This document shows positions 1-12,579 of a DNA stretch of 64,000 nucleotides, in pieces; position 1 is the first letter of the stretch; each line of letters begins with the position of its first letter. Made by a program: the position numbers and the translations under genes. The stretch spans positions 21,514,001 to 21,578,000 of the forward strand of contig NW_027266275.1 in assembly GCF_022045235.1 (NCBI RefSeq). Reading direction: 5' to 3'. The notes under the pieces were generated by a model. The model did no database searches. It was not told the DNA's origin and was given only the letters and a program-made list of their open reading frames with translations. This stretch comes from Haliotis cracherodii (Eukaryota).

Positions 1-15
1 CGAACAGAACTTCAC
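1..15 (-). CDS. JmjC gene exon (partial)
   Basis: ttttctcctacag acceptor; G-E-V-L-F is the start of the GEvlFvP motif that precedes the distal His ligand. Confidence 0.8.
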
Positions 16-3000
16 CTGTAGGAGAAAAAGTTTGATTAACAGTCTTGGTTTATATTGGATTCTGGCCCCGGCAAACCAGAGATTGATATCATGAGCATAC
101 AGGGACCCATGCTGACAGAGTACAACGACTCACAATCAAGAAATTCATGAAGCTTGACCACCTGACTCAGTTACAACAAATGTTATATTTGGGATAACAG
201 TTTCTTAGTTAAGTACAAATTCTAAAGTAAATTGGCACACAACAATGAACACACAATGCCATTTAGTAAAAAGTACTAGAATTTGTACTATACTGAGAAA
301 GGTTCATCCATAATATAACATTTGTTACATTTGACCACTTTCTAAATGGCGTCGTGTATTCACAGATTCAGCTAGTTGCCATTAAGACAATTATATTAGG
401 CTGCGGTTTTAAGATCCAAATCCAAGAGATAGAAAAGGTCATCTTCCCGAGGAAAGGGTGTTAACTGACTTGAAAAGTCCAGTTTCCACCTTTGCCTGAA
501 CAAGGCTGGAATTTCTGGGCTCGATCGTAGCGCCCCGAGTGCCTTTAAGAGTTATGTCCCTTTAATCCCCTCCTACTGACCAATCAGATTCCACCTCTCA
601 TATCACTTGCATTTGCTTGAAACAGAAAGGTGGCGCCCATTCAAGATGATCGAAGATGCGATCAATCACATGAGCAAAAACATGAAAAGATTTGGAAAAT
701 ATCTGCTGATGCCCAGTTGCCAATACGCATCCTTTGCAAATCCTACAGTCGACCTAAATCTGCAGTTTTAAATCCATGTGAATGAACCACATGTCAATTT
801 CATTACATGATTTTAATTGGAGGATGCATAGACTCGTTAGTCTAGCCAAAACAGAACTCAACAATTCTAGCCTCATTTAGGAATGGGTGGAAACCTGGAT
901 TCTGATTGTCAGTTAACTCCCTTGCCTAGGAAAGATGAGAAAAGGTGGTTGGCCAACACTCATACCAACATTCTTTGAAAGTGGTATGCAGTGACACCCG
1001 TGTACAGCAAATACCGATAGAAATCTGCCACAGAATACCTGAAATGTTTATAAATTAATCTTACATACAAACCCAATTAAAATTAATAATCCATGCTTCA
1101 TAAGATATGTTTGTGAAAAACTTAAGTATAAAGTTTCACATTCTAATCACGATTGATAATTACACTCAGCCATGCTTGTTGGGAACTATATGTACTCATA
1201 GTACTACAGTTATTCTTTCCACAAGATGGAGGCCTACCCAGAATCCTCCTTATTGAACATAACGTTCCAGTCTTCAGGACGACTGTAACAACAATCTGTG
1301 TAATGGGAACATTTGGATGATACCTTGTTTGAGATCACACTGCAGAGGCTGGGCCAAGGACATCAGAGGATGGGTCTCGAGGTCAGGCGAGGTCAAGTCG
1401 ACATCAAATGTCGGGTCCATGGAGTGGAAGTACCGTGGGTACAGAGAGGCCACGTCACCTCTACTGAAGAAGGTCCATCTACAACACACCATATTGTATC
1501 GTTATAGTCACCCATACAAGACCTGAGGCGTGTTCAGGAGGGCGAGCGACCGCGCGAGAGTACAGTGAGGCAATATCATGCCTTTCTGAACGGGAGGCGT
1601 GTACTTGCTCTCGCTACACAGCATCCAAAATGGCGTCACCGGGAATCAAAACAGCCCTGTCCACAAGTGTCATAGATTCACACATTTAATTTCATCACAA
1701 GTTTGATGGGTTCATACTTTGATGTTCATGATAACAAAGTGTTTATTTTTATTATTAGTTACATGTCCCTGTGCTGGACCAGACAATCCAGCAATCGACA
1801 TGAGCATCGGTCTGTGCAATGGGGATACAATGACATGCATCACCCAAGTCAGCGAGTCTTATCACTCGATCCTTACGGCAAACATATGGGTTGCGGAAGA
1901 CCTATTGTCTTCCCTGATAATCATGGGTCAATATATTGAAAATGCAAAAATAACTTTTTGATGGTAGATCTAGTCTAAAAGATTATTCTATTGACATCGG
2001 TTCCATTCTCGCCAAAGGCAAACATTTGTTCAATGATGTGTTGTTCATCTTGGATTACGAGGCGAACTACCTCTCGGGCTCGATCGCGAGTACACGATCG
2101 CGAGCGCCCGCCCTCCTGAACATGCCTCTGTTTATACTCGGCAGCCATTATCACCGACCAATGCCTATTTATGCTCTTACAAGAATCATGGGGTACTGGG
2201 GACTTCTGCCGCAATGAAATCACAACATGTGTGATTCTCTTGAGACAACCTAGGCAGTTCTACACAGCTGGACATATGTCTGACTTATTACAATTACAAA
2301 ACATTCCACAAGTCTCAACACCCACGGGACAACAAAAGTAAATATATACCAACTTTGATAAAAACATTTCAAACGTCTTTTGAGATGCAGCCTTGTCATA
2401 TCCTTTGAAAGTTGACACATTTTTTATTATTTTTCACAAAAGTGACCTGAGGACTACGACTATGAGGTCCAGGTCCAAGATGGTGAAGAGAGGGAGGCAA
2501 GTGAATGGATGCTGGGATGAGATGATCAATCTAGAAACGTGATTCCGTACCGTTTCCTGCCCTGGAAGAGAGCCATCCAGAAGTTGGATGCGAAGGCATC
2601 GACGTGTAGCTGGCTGCAGAGCCCCGCGGGGGCCAGGAAGAGACTTGGCCAACTGTCCTGGTACAGGCTGCCTGGACTGGTCCTCTGGAGCAGGTCACCT
2701 GCAGCACACATACTGTCACAGAGGGTGGTCGAGGAAAATAAACATTCATTGGATGCAGCCTTATAATTACTGCACATTCACCCGCATGAGCGAATGTTGT
2801 TTTATGCCACTGTTATCTGTATTCTAGCTTTTTCACATTGGTCTGTGAATACTCAAGTCTGACTCAAGGAAACTAGGTGTTGACTACACGAGCAGTGATT
2901 CACACCATCCGGGCATGATTGACACACACACAATGAGCCAGGTCACACATTGTAACCACCTTATCCTGTTCACCCATGAAGATCCGGGTCAGGATAGGTC

Positions 3001-6000
3001 TTCTGCAACCCATGCTTGCCGTAAAAGGCGACTACGATTGTCGTAATAGGCGACTAATGGGATCGTGTGGTCAGGCTCGCTGACATGGTTGATGCATGTC
3101 ATCGTATCCCAATTGTGTGGGTTGATGTTCATGATGTCAATCACTGGATTTTTAGACAGCCATCACATAGCTGGAATACTGCAGAGTGCGGCAATACAAC
3201 CATGAGATACCTAGGACCTACTCTACCAAGAATCGCCACCCGCTGAAATAAAAAGTCAAAGTTGGTAGAATTTGACTTAACATACTGGTAATCCAAGAGC
3301 ATCTTTAACTTTTAAATGATTTGCTCTAGGGGGTGTTCAGATGTCATTTAAACAATTCTCCATTATAGAATCCTACCTGCAAAATACCTTGGTACAGAGA
3401 GTTCCTCCACCAGCCTGGGGCAGTGTAGGGGGAGGCTCCAATCAAACAGGTACTGCACAGAGGGAACACTCCCCTCCCCCTGCCTCTCTGTGTCCCTGGG
3501 GGTCAGGGTCTGGTCTATGTATTCTCCCACAGTCACAGTGTCCCCTTCCTCAAGCCCTGCCCATTCAACAGACCCATCCACCGGTTTCTTCAGGGTGACT
3601 CTGACTTCACCTAAAGAGTGAGTGAGTATGGTTTTACACCCCTTTTAGCAATATTCCAGCAATATCAGGGTGGGGGACACCAGAAATGGGCTTCACACAT
3701 TATACCCATGTCGGGAATCGAACCCGGGTCTTCGGCGCAACAAGCAAACGCTTTAACCACAAGGCTACCTGACCGCCCCTTCACCTTAAGAAGAGAGATA
3801 CATGTAACAACAACAACAACAGCAGCAGGCCTAAATCAATACTTTTGGTGAGTCCTGACTTTGTCCTTCTCTATTTATCATCATTTGAAACCAGATTACA
3901 TAAATAGAGACCCATGAAACTCCAGGGTAGAATAGGTCTTCAGCAACCCATGCGTGCCGTAAAAGGCGACTATCCTTGTCTTAAGAGGCGACTAACGGGA
4001 TCGGATGGTCAAGCTCGCTGATTTGGTTGATGCATGTCATTGTATCCCAAATTTTGTGGATCGATGCTCATGATATTAATCACTGGATTGTCTGGTACAG
4101 ACTCGATTATACATATCGCCATCATATAGCTGGAATATTGCTTAGTCCGGCGTTAAACAACAAACCAACCAACCAACATAAACAAAAAAATCAACATCAA
4201 AATATATTTGTTTCCTATGAAGGAAATTCGTATATAAAAACTTGTTGTTAACTCCTAGCAACTTATCAGCTTGTCACTACCTTTACGGGACAATGCATGT
4301 GCCTTGCTGACAATGACTTTCAACAGTGTTTCACCATGTATAAATGTCAGTTAATAGATTGATAGCAAGGACATGAATGTTACCTGCCACATCTCGGATG
4401 TGCTGCAATGTCCAGGGGACAGCGGTCATCTTGTCCACTAAGTCCGTGATGACCACCGGTGTACTGGTTGCAGCGAAGGCGTAGAAAAACTCTTGCATGG
4501 ACAGACCTCTTGCTGAAACTCGCTTCACCTGAAAGGGAATTGAGTTGTTTCGGCTTTCAAATATCATCAATTTTCCTTTAAAAAAATATGAGTGAACTTA
4601 TAAAGACATTTGTTAGGGATAATTTAAAGAGAATTTATTTTTTTTATAAAATATTAATTTCAAAACTTTCTTGAAAACAAGAAATGATACTCCACAAAAT
4701 TTAGAGATTTTCCTTTTCAGATTCAAATCTGATCAGGAAAAATGTGATATTCAAAATGTCTAATACATCCAATACTCTCACCTGTTTGATAGGTCTGAGT
4801 TCCAATTTCTGCCCAGCAAGTTCTGTCAGCATCTTGTCCTGCTGCTGCTTTACCTGCACTTGCTTCTCCACCTTGTGCAGGTGCCATCGGTATTCCTTGT
4901 CTGAAACAGTCAGGGAATCAGTGCTGAAATCCACTGCAATCACCCAATCACTCTTTGTGTCGGCTTTATGAGTGAGTGAGAGAGTTAATTTAATGTCCCT
5001 TCTGCAATACTTCAGCCATATGGTGATGAGACATTTATAATAAATATTTAGAGTGAATAAAAAGCTGTCAGCAATAGACAGTAGAATAACTAGAGCATCA
5101 CAGTTTCGATTTTAAAACTAGTTGATGTTGGCCTTATGACAAGTACTGAATACTCTGAACCAATTTACCTTATAATCTCCATGGTGAGACAAGCATCTGC
5201 CAAAGAATATTTTGGGATACATGCATGGGTAACTGTTGAGCTATTCTGGCCCTCAATAGCCACTGGATGCCATCTTCCTGAGACAGGGGAGTTAACTGAC
5301 TGTACAAGGCTCGATCTTAACGCCACATGTGGCTCTTACAGGTTTTGTCCCTTCTATGTCCCGCCTATTGACCAATCAGATTCCACTTGTCATATCTCCT
5401 GGATTTGCTTCAAATAAAATGTTGTCACCCAGTGAAGACGATCTGATCATGCATTAAATCACATGATCACAAGATTTGGAAAATCTGTTGACGGTAAGTT
5501 GTCGGTACACCATGTACACATGCTTTGCAAATCCTGCAATCGACAGAAATCTGCATGTCAGTCTACACACCAGCGATTTTGATTGGATTATGCACAAATT
5601 CGTTAGTCCAGCCAAAACATAACACCAAAATTCCAGCCTAGTTCGGCAAGGGTGGAAACTAGACTTTTAAAGTCAGTTTACTCCCTTGTCTTGGGAAGAT
5701 GCAGTAGGAGGCGGCTAACAGTGCGAGTGGTCAGGCTCGCTGACTTGGTTGATGCATGTCATCTTATGCCATTTGTGTGGTTCAGTGCTCATGATGTCAA
5801 TCACTGGATTGTCTGGACCAGACTTGATTATTTACAGACCACCGTCACACAAACAAACAAATACAAAGAAAACAATAGCATACTATCAGGGTCTTCTGTG
5901 AGAGCTTGTTTCAGATGATGTTCTGCCTCTGTGAGATTGCCCAGGCTTTCTTCCACAGTTCCCAAGGCAGCATAGACTTCCCCATCCCTTTCGCCAAGGT

Positions 6001-8115
6001 CTAACAGTGTCTCCAACTTGTTTCTCTGGCTTTTCAAAAACTCCACACCTGGTCGGCATCTGAAAAAATGTTCACGAAATGCTTCACCATCAGTAAATAA
6101 AATTTTAAAAACTCATTTTAGTTCAGTGCTTCATATAAAAGTAGGGGCGGTGGGGGTAGCCTAGTGGTTAAAGTGTTCACTTGTCACGCTGACAGCCCCG
6201 GTTGGATTCCCCACATGGGTACAATGTTTAAAGCCCATTGCTGGTGTCCCAAGCCGTGAGAGTGCTGAACTATTGCTAAAAGCAGCAAAAAAACATACTC
6301 ACTCACTCATATGAAGGTAATCTTAGAAATGGATAGGAAACATTTTAGGCTGCTATTTCATCAAGACAAATTATAAACGGTATAAGTGCAAAGGCTTTAA
6401 GGATATTCATATTTATTCAAAAACATTTAACCTTCTTTAGCATTTAAAATGTTTAGGGCAATAAAAAAAAGATGTTTACCCATAAACTCACATGACACTT
6501 AGTACACACTTCACAGATACTTAATGTTAGGGACAAGTATTTTTCACTTGACACGTGTGTGTGTCCACTCGTGTCATATCAGGAGTGGATGGTAGAGGTC
6601 ATAATAATATACTGCACATATGAGGATGATAAAATTGGACACATCCCTCTTATTGAATTGGATCTCAACTGGCAATAAACATAGTTTTACTGATGTTAAG
6701 TAATAAGTGTCAGTGAGGGAGTGAGTGATGTTGTTTTTCACTGCAGTCAGTAAAATTCCTGCAAAATCGAGGGGTGGTGAAGCAGTTGTTGTAGTATAGG
6801 AACATGTTAGCCGAGTGTTTTCTCCAATGAAGAAAGCAATTATCTAAGCATCTTGTCAGTTTGGTGTTTGATGCCACACTCCGCAATATAATATTCCAGC
6901 TATATGACTGCAGTCTGTAAATAATTGTCTGGACCAGACAATCAATTGATTGACATCATGAGCATTAATCTACACAAAAAGGATACGACATGCAATCACC
7001 AAGCCTGACCACCCTATCCTTTCAGTCGACTCTCACGGCAAGCATAGGTTTCTATATTCTTACCCAGAATCTCCACTGGTGGCTTACAGGTGAACACTGA
7101 TCTGAGCTCCAGATAAGCTGCGAATCCCCGTAAAATACACATCAGAAATGCAGAAATATGGAGCTCTGCACTATCTTTCATTAGACAAGATATTATCATG
7201 GTCCATACCATTAACTTCACTTGTTCAGATCACCATGTTTTACATACCTTGAGATGTAGTGTAGAAGGGTGTTTGGATTGTGAGTCTGTGGTAGATCCGA
7301 CACTGGGATTGAACATTTTCCTGTTTGTCTCCACCATCTTGCTAGGGCAGCTCTTGCCAACATCACACAGCTTCTGTTTCCTGGGTTTGCCCTTTTCCTC
7401 TTCAGATTCTCAGAAGTTTCACAATGCCTTCTCGTTGAATCACATTGCGTGACACTGCTGTCATTTTCTTTGCATGTTCGATGTTTTTTAATGGAAGTGG
7501 AAAGATATGGTGCTTTGTTGACTTGAACAGGCCATCCACTGATTGGCTGTGTTTCATTCTGATTGTCATTGGCTGTAACAGGCCATTCTGTGATTGGCTG
7601 AATATCACCATCTTCCAAATTTGAGCTGCAATAAGTCTCCATCTGGATTTTTGAGGTGTGAAATCTGAACGTAACTTCGTAATAATAAAATTTGAAACCA
7701 AATACAGTTTTTTTTTCAATCCGTGTTTTCCTTATGTGAACTGTATCACTAGATCTATATTGACCATTGACAAAATCATGAATTTGAATGTCTTTTCTTT
7801 AGATTGGAGACAACCCTTCTATATTAAAACACGGAATTTCACTCCTTATTTCACAAATACATACTGATAAATGTTACCATATGATTTTATGAATGACATT
7901 ATCAGATGCACCCATGGACAATCGGTTTGGGTGTCTGAATACCACACAATCCCGTCTCTGATTACGCCTTTCACTACCAACCACAATTATCAACGCGAAC
8001 GTGCTTTGCAGGGGAGGTAACTCTAATGATCCAACCTCAACAAGCCCTATAAAGGCGATCAATGTAGTAGATACATTATCCCCAGGTTCAAATCTTACCC
8101 CCAATCCATCGACAT
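1..8115 (-). CDS. Multi-exon gene for a TPR-like plus JmjC-domain 2OG/Fe(II) oxygenase (JMJD4/JMJD6-like cupin), 3' end beyond the window
   Basis: Exons 8115-8099, 7664-7248, 6059-5884, 4900-4782, 4528-4384, 3610-3377, 2698-2551, 1478-1324 and 15-<1. All introns are GT-AG with matching phases. The spliced protein has JmjC hallmarks: PVVITDL...WT, YLFDW, VPRYFAGD, LFLAPAG..SQLHVD (HxD), FQGRKRWTFF and LKQGEVLF. Confidence 0.9.
440..937. mobile_element. Non-autonomous DNA transposon, MULE-like (9-bp TSD)
   Basis: Imperfect TIRs catcttcc...gttaactgac / gtcagttaac...aaagatg; perfect 9-bp TSD agaaaaggt (431-439, 938-946). Confidence 0.8.
1324..1478 (-). CDS. JmjC gene exon
   Basis: gttgtag acceptor and AAG|GTATC donor; WTFF...PLQCDLKQG. 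Confidence 0.9.
1525..2128. mobile_element. TIR element with a nested SINE-like fragment
   Basis: About 30-bp TIR gaggcgtgttcaggagggcg / cgccctcctgaacatgcctc; no clear TSD; family-B fragment at about 1770-1930. Confidence 0.6.
2551..2698 (-). CDS. JmjC gene exon carrying the HxD Fe ligands
   Basis: GDLLQR...WPSLFLAPAGLCSQLHVDAFASNFWMALFQGRKR; canonical splice sites. Confidence 0.92.
2972..3200 (+). mobile_element. Short retroposon, family B (ACCCGTGAAGATCCGGG head)
   Basis: Homologous to 3909-4180, 9167-9420 and 56530-56785, and to minus-strand copies at 6860-7075, 12580-12770, 50815-51075 and 61715-61945. Confidence 0.85.
3377..3610 (-). CDS. JmjC gene exon
   Basis: ctctttag acceptor and G|GTAGG donor; ...YLFDWSLPLHCPRLVEELSVPRYFA. 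Confidence 0.9.
3618..3779 (-). mobile_element. tRNA-derived SINE, family A
   Basis: A-box/B-box head (GGTTCGATTCC), (ACTC)n tail, 13-bp TSD with one mismatch. Confidence 0.9.
3909..4180 (+). mobile_element. Short retroposon, family B, full length
   Basis: Head and (AACC)n tail present; many copies in the window. Confidence 0.85.
4384..4528 (-). CDS. JmjC gene exon (start of cupin-like domain)
   Basis: ccctttcag acceptor and G|GTAAC donor; VKRVSARGLSMQEFF...PVVITDL...WTL. Confidence 0.9.
4782..4900 (-). CDS. JmjC gene exon (helical linker)
   Basis: tgtttcag acceptor and CAG|GTGAGA donor; KEYRWHLHKVEKQ...RPIKQ. Confidence 0.85.
5271..5701. mobile_element. Second copy of the 440-937 TIR element
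   Basis: Same TIRs and internal homology; a third, inverted fragment lies at about 45470-45730. Confidence 0.75.
5884..6059 (-). CDS. JmjC gene exon encoding a TPR-like repeat
   Basis: ttttttcag acceptor and GTATGC donor. VYAALGTVEESLGNLTEAEHHLKQALTEDPDN fits the TPR consensus. Confidence 0.85.
6144..6308 (+). mobile_element. tRNA-derived SINE, family A
   Basis: ggggcgg head, (ACTC)n tail, TSD tcatataaaagta / tcatatgaaggta. Confidence 0.9.
6860..7075 (-). mobile_element. Short retroposon, family B (diverged)
   Basis: Reverse complement of the family-B body and tail. Confidence 0.7.
7248..7664 (-). CDS. JmjC gene exon, low-complexity N-terminal region
   Basis: ORF 7217..7642 frame; AAG|GTATGT donor in phase 2 matches the next exon. 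Confidence 0.7.
8099..8115 (-). CDS. Probable first coding exon of the JmjC gene (MSMDWG)
   Basis: gaaATG start and a strong GG|GTAAGA donor. Phase 2 joins in frame to the cag acceptor at 7666-7665, giving MSMDWG-FHTSKIQ-METYC. Confidence 0.5.
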
Positions 8116-8450
8116 TTCTTTCTGTATATTGATAAACCTAACAAACGATCTATAACAATATAAAAAACACATATGGAGACATAGCTTGGTCGACATATGA
8201 ATAAATAATTTATTTATTTTTAAATGATGAGTATGGAGAAGGACCGATATTTTAACAACTGAAATCGAACCAGACAGGTAATTTCTTAAATATTTTTTTT
8301 CAACTTTTTGACTAAAACACAAATTGTCTACTTGGCAGGTGACAGATACACTGAATATACGATGCGGGAAGTCTTTAAAAAAGAACTAGATTTTAAAGTG
8401 ACGTTGCGAACGGCCGCGAATGTTTTAAACCCTTCCTTTTTTGCTTTCGT

Positions 8451-8618
8451 GGGGCGGTCGGGTAGCCTAGTGGTTAAAGCGTTAGCTCGTCACGCCGAAG
8501 ACCCGGGTTCGATTCCAGACATGGGTACAATGTGTGAAGCCCATTTCTGGTGTCCCCCGCCATGATATTGCTGGAATATTGCTAAAAGTGGCGTACAACC
8601 ATACGCACTTCTCTTCAC
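8451..8618 (+). mobile_element. tRNA-derived SINE, family A
   Basis: Full head and tail; TSD tttttgctttcgt on both sides. Confidence 0.9.
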
Positions 8619-8805
8619 TTTTTGCTTTCGTAACGGCCATAAAATATCCGAGTCAGTGGTATGACTCCACGCCCTGCTACATACTCTCCCGTCAACAGAA
8701 GGCACGTCCCTGGCCGCATCATAGGGTACTGAGGCTTATTTACTCAGATTTAATATGAACGTGTTCATCCCCAGGTTGAGTGACAATGAAGCGGACATAA
8801 AATTT

Positions 8806-8885
8806 CCGAGTCCCGTAATGGGATTCGAACCACGGACCTTCTGATCACGAGGTCGGACGCCTTGTCCACGTGACCAAAGATGTTA
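8806..8885 (-). pseudogene. tRNA-Arg-like pseudogene or SINE head
   Basis: TGGTCACGTGGACAAGGCGTCCGACCTCGTGATCAGAAGGTCCGTGGTTCGAATCC has A and B boxes and a tRNA-Arg(TCG)-like anticodon arm, but a distorted loop and no clean acceptor stem. Confidence 0.5.
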
Positions 8886-9166
8886 ACCCCGTCAGCCTGC
8901 TGACAAGGTGTGGATGTCATCATTGGGATGACTTAACGCCCTCCAACGCTTTATAGAGATGAACGTTTCTCATAATGTATATACCATCTTTGAATGTAAT
9001 TTTTGTGCAGATTCCGGTTTCGATATTCTTTCCACATTCCACGAGTGTCGACATGTTAGACACCCTATACATCTTTGTACCAGTGGATGGTGACTGGTGG
9101 ATGGTTCTCTTTGGTACTTTTCTTTTTACACATTAGTGGATTAGTCTTAGTACATGTACCAATGAT

Positions 9167-9420
9167 ACCCGTGGAGATCCGGGTTAGAATAGGTCTTCGG
9201 CAACCTATGGTTGTCGTAAAAGGCGACAATGCTTGCCGTAATAGGCGACTAACGAGATCGGGTGGTCAGGCTCGCTGACTTGGTTGATGCATGTCATCGT
9301 ATCCCAATTGTGAGATCGATGCTCATGATGTCAATCACTGGATTGTCTGTCCAGATTACAGACCGCTGTCATATAGCAGGAATATTGCCAAATGTGGCGT
9401 TTAACAACAACAACAACAAA
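9167..9420 (+). mobile_element. Short retroposon, family B, full length
   Basis: Head, duplicated stem-loop and (AAC)n tail. Confidence 0.85.
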
Positions 9421-10122
9421 AAAAACTAATTATATTCATACTTCGACTTTTGCAACGCAACTGGTAGGTATGATACAAGGGCCCTTTTGCATGGCGTAAC
9501 ACCTCGAATTTCACATTGGCTTGTGTCAGACAGACATATTTTATTGACGAAGGCTTGGACACTAGGTCCTTCATCTCAGTACCATACAATATTAATCAGT
9601 GCTGACTGAGACCAACTCGAGGATAGAATTCATTATTATACAGAAGTAGTAGAATATTTTATCTATTTCGAAAATTCATTGGTTATTTACAAGTGCTTGT
9701 TGGTAAGAGAATATGTTATATACTTGGCGCTACCCAAACCTGTAGATCAACATATTTAACACTGTTAACTTTATACCACAGGCACATACGCACAGCGGAA
9801 CTCATCTTCGACTTCAGAAATATTGTTATTAGTTCTCTGCTCTGAGTGTGATTGAGACCTGTTTCTGTTAGTTAGTTATTCTGATCACGGATGTTTTTAC
9901 TAATCTTTATAGTATATAAGATGTAAATAGTTTGGTTTGTTATTTACGCTGCACTCAGCAATATTCCAGCTATATGGCGGCGGTCTAAAAATAATCGAGT
10001 CTGGACCAGACAATCCAGTGATTGATATCATGAGCATCGATGTAAATAATGTTCAAACATGAACTTAGTCTTATTTTTACATATAACCACAATGTAATCC
10101 TGCCTGTTACTCCACTGAATGA

Positions 10123-10200
10123 TGTGTGTGTGTGCGTGCGTTCATGCGTGTGTGTGTGCGTGTGTTTGTGCATGTGCGTGCATGCGCGCGTGTATGCGTA
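10123..10200. repeat. (GT)/(GC)-rich microsatellite
   Basis: Read directly from the sequence. Confidence 0.8.
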
Positions 10201-12579
10201 TATCTATACTTGTATTATACGTTTCTTTAATACATTACATCCATACTCAAAACACTGATTGTTTTACACAGTAAACTCAATTCTTAACCCCAATGACACA
10301 ATAATTTAAGGAAACAATATTATTCTTTTGATGTACATTGAGAACATATTTAGAAGTTTAGATGTACTCGTGTACGTTCGATTTCTTACAAATTCACTCC
10401 ATATTTCACGGCTATGATGTATGGCAGATTGACAAATTAATAAAATAATCACATGTCTGGATTTCATGCAAATGATTGTTAATAGTTATATGACTTTACC
10501 CGCAAATAGTTTTGAGCTAGCTTAAAACTGTTATCACATGTAATTATTGTTTAAGTAATTAAATTTGTCCACTTTGTCCAAATGTTTGCCACTGTACATC
10601 CAATATTTATTCTGCTTTTTCGGAACACCATCGCTTTAGATTTATTAGCATTAATTTGAAGACCCCTTTCAACACAACAGTCATGTAAAACTGTCTAACA
10701 ATCCCTGTAGCCCCCAGGTTGAGGGCGATAGCAGTATCATCCCCATCAGCAAATAACACAATAAATATATCTATATAATCTATCAGCAATCCACTGTAAA
10801 TGTTTTCCCGCAGTTTAAGTTTTAAGTCCCCCAAAAATAAAGAAAAAAGTATCGGTGATGCATTTCATACATTTACTCAAGATTTCCCATCGCAAAAATA
10901 TACATAATATGATTTTCAACATTTTTAGCTGGCACGATTTGTAAAGACATTTTGAACACACCATTTTTATCAATACTATCAAAGGCTTTTCACAAGTCTA
11001 CAAATGTACAATACCGACGTTTTAATTACATATATTTGTTTAGTAACGCGTGTAAAGGAAAGGGGAGGGGAGGGGGCTTCGCTATGCCGAAGTGCCGGGA
11101 TCGATTCCCCACGTGGGTACAATGTGTGAAATCGATTTCTGGTGTTCCCCGTCCCGATATTGCCGACGTAAAACCATACCCACTCGCTCAATGTCAAACA
11201 AAGATTGCATCTATAGTTAAATAAACATTTATCAAACCAAGCTGGGCATCCGATATTGTGGGGTTTCTTTCGGCACCGTTGCAAGTCTTGTTAATAAAAA
11301 TTGATGTAAACACCCATGGAGAGCAACTGTTCACTCTATCCCTAATTGAAGTACTCTTCTTGAGAATATAATTATATTTATAGCTTGAATATTGCTGATT
11401 TGCGGCGTAAACAAACAAAAACAAAGCCCAACATAATTTAAAACCGCATTTATTTACCTATCATATAACCACGCCAACGACATATCCACTCCCCCAAAAT
11501 ATTTGAACTAGTCGGTAGTAAACGTTTACCATCATATTATTCGTTTCTGAAAATCCATGATTTCTCCTGATCCGAATCAAATGTTACTGGGAAAATGTTT
11601 TTAAGTATATTCAAACTATCTTTCAAACGACAATAAACGTTTCAATGCTAATACTCCATTTAATTGCTTCATACAGATCCGTACAGAGCATACACGAAAA
11701 ACAGGAAGTGAACTACTTGTGGAGTTTATTTCCGTAGCTCCGGATCTGCACTTGTCAGCATAAACAGTCACACGCTTGTGTAACCTAGTCAAGCCTAAGT
11801 GTATCTCAACTCATCCATTAAAATCGCTTTGATGTGTTATAATTACGAACGTGATTACCGTGCGTCCGTTGCCTGTCGACTTCTGACACCTAATACACGA
11901 CTCGATCTTCGCCTTCATATGCTGCCCAATCATTTCTATAGATTTTCCCATTGGATCCGCTTAGCTGTTTAACGCTAGTGATTACAGCACTTTGTCCCCG
12001 GTGATTGATACGCATTCAGTATACGCCGATTGATTCCGGGATCATGCTCGCGTGGTAATGTTACAGCTAAACTCTTTACACTGCTGTTGGCTTCGATTGA
12101 GGAAGGGAGCCCGATGGAACGGATGTCGTCTGCTTAGAAATTGGCTCGTCAAGGATGCGCAGTAACATAGAAGGGCCTGTTGCTACTTTCACAAGTGATG
12201 TCGGTGAATTTATGTCCTGCATTTGGTTTATGGTCAATGTCAAAATGTACCGGAAATATCCAAATTGATCGCTGGGTTTACAATCTTGTAAGATACATCT
12301 GTTTAAAAGAAAGTTCGATTTCCTTGTGCGTTTTATGTACGACGCAACAGGAATACGTAGATTCCAGCTGCATACACACAAATATTTTTTATTGACCTAT
12401 GATATTTTTTTGCGTGTACAGCTACGTATTCTTGTGACTACGCTAACATGAGGGTCCTGTTCCTGAAAGGAATCTTAACTCCTAGAACTTATCGTAAGCC
12501 AATATTATAATTTAGTGGTCCTTGATCCATTTGAAACGATACAGGCATGTCAACCTGCATCTGGTAATGCCAATGTTTT

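Noticed and set aside
12196-12290. Possible plus-strand first exon ending CTT|GTAAGA
   Set aside because: No recognisable protein and no downstream exon could be linked.
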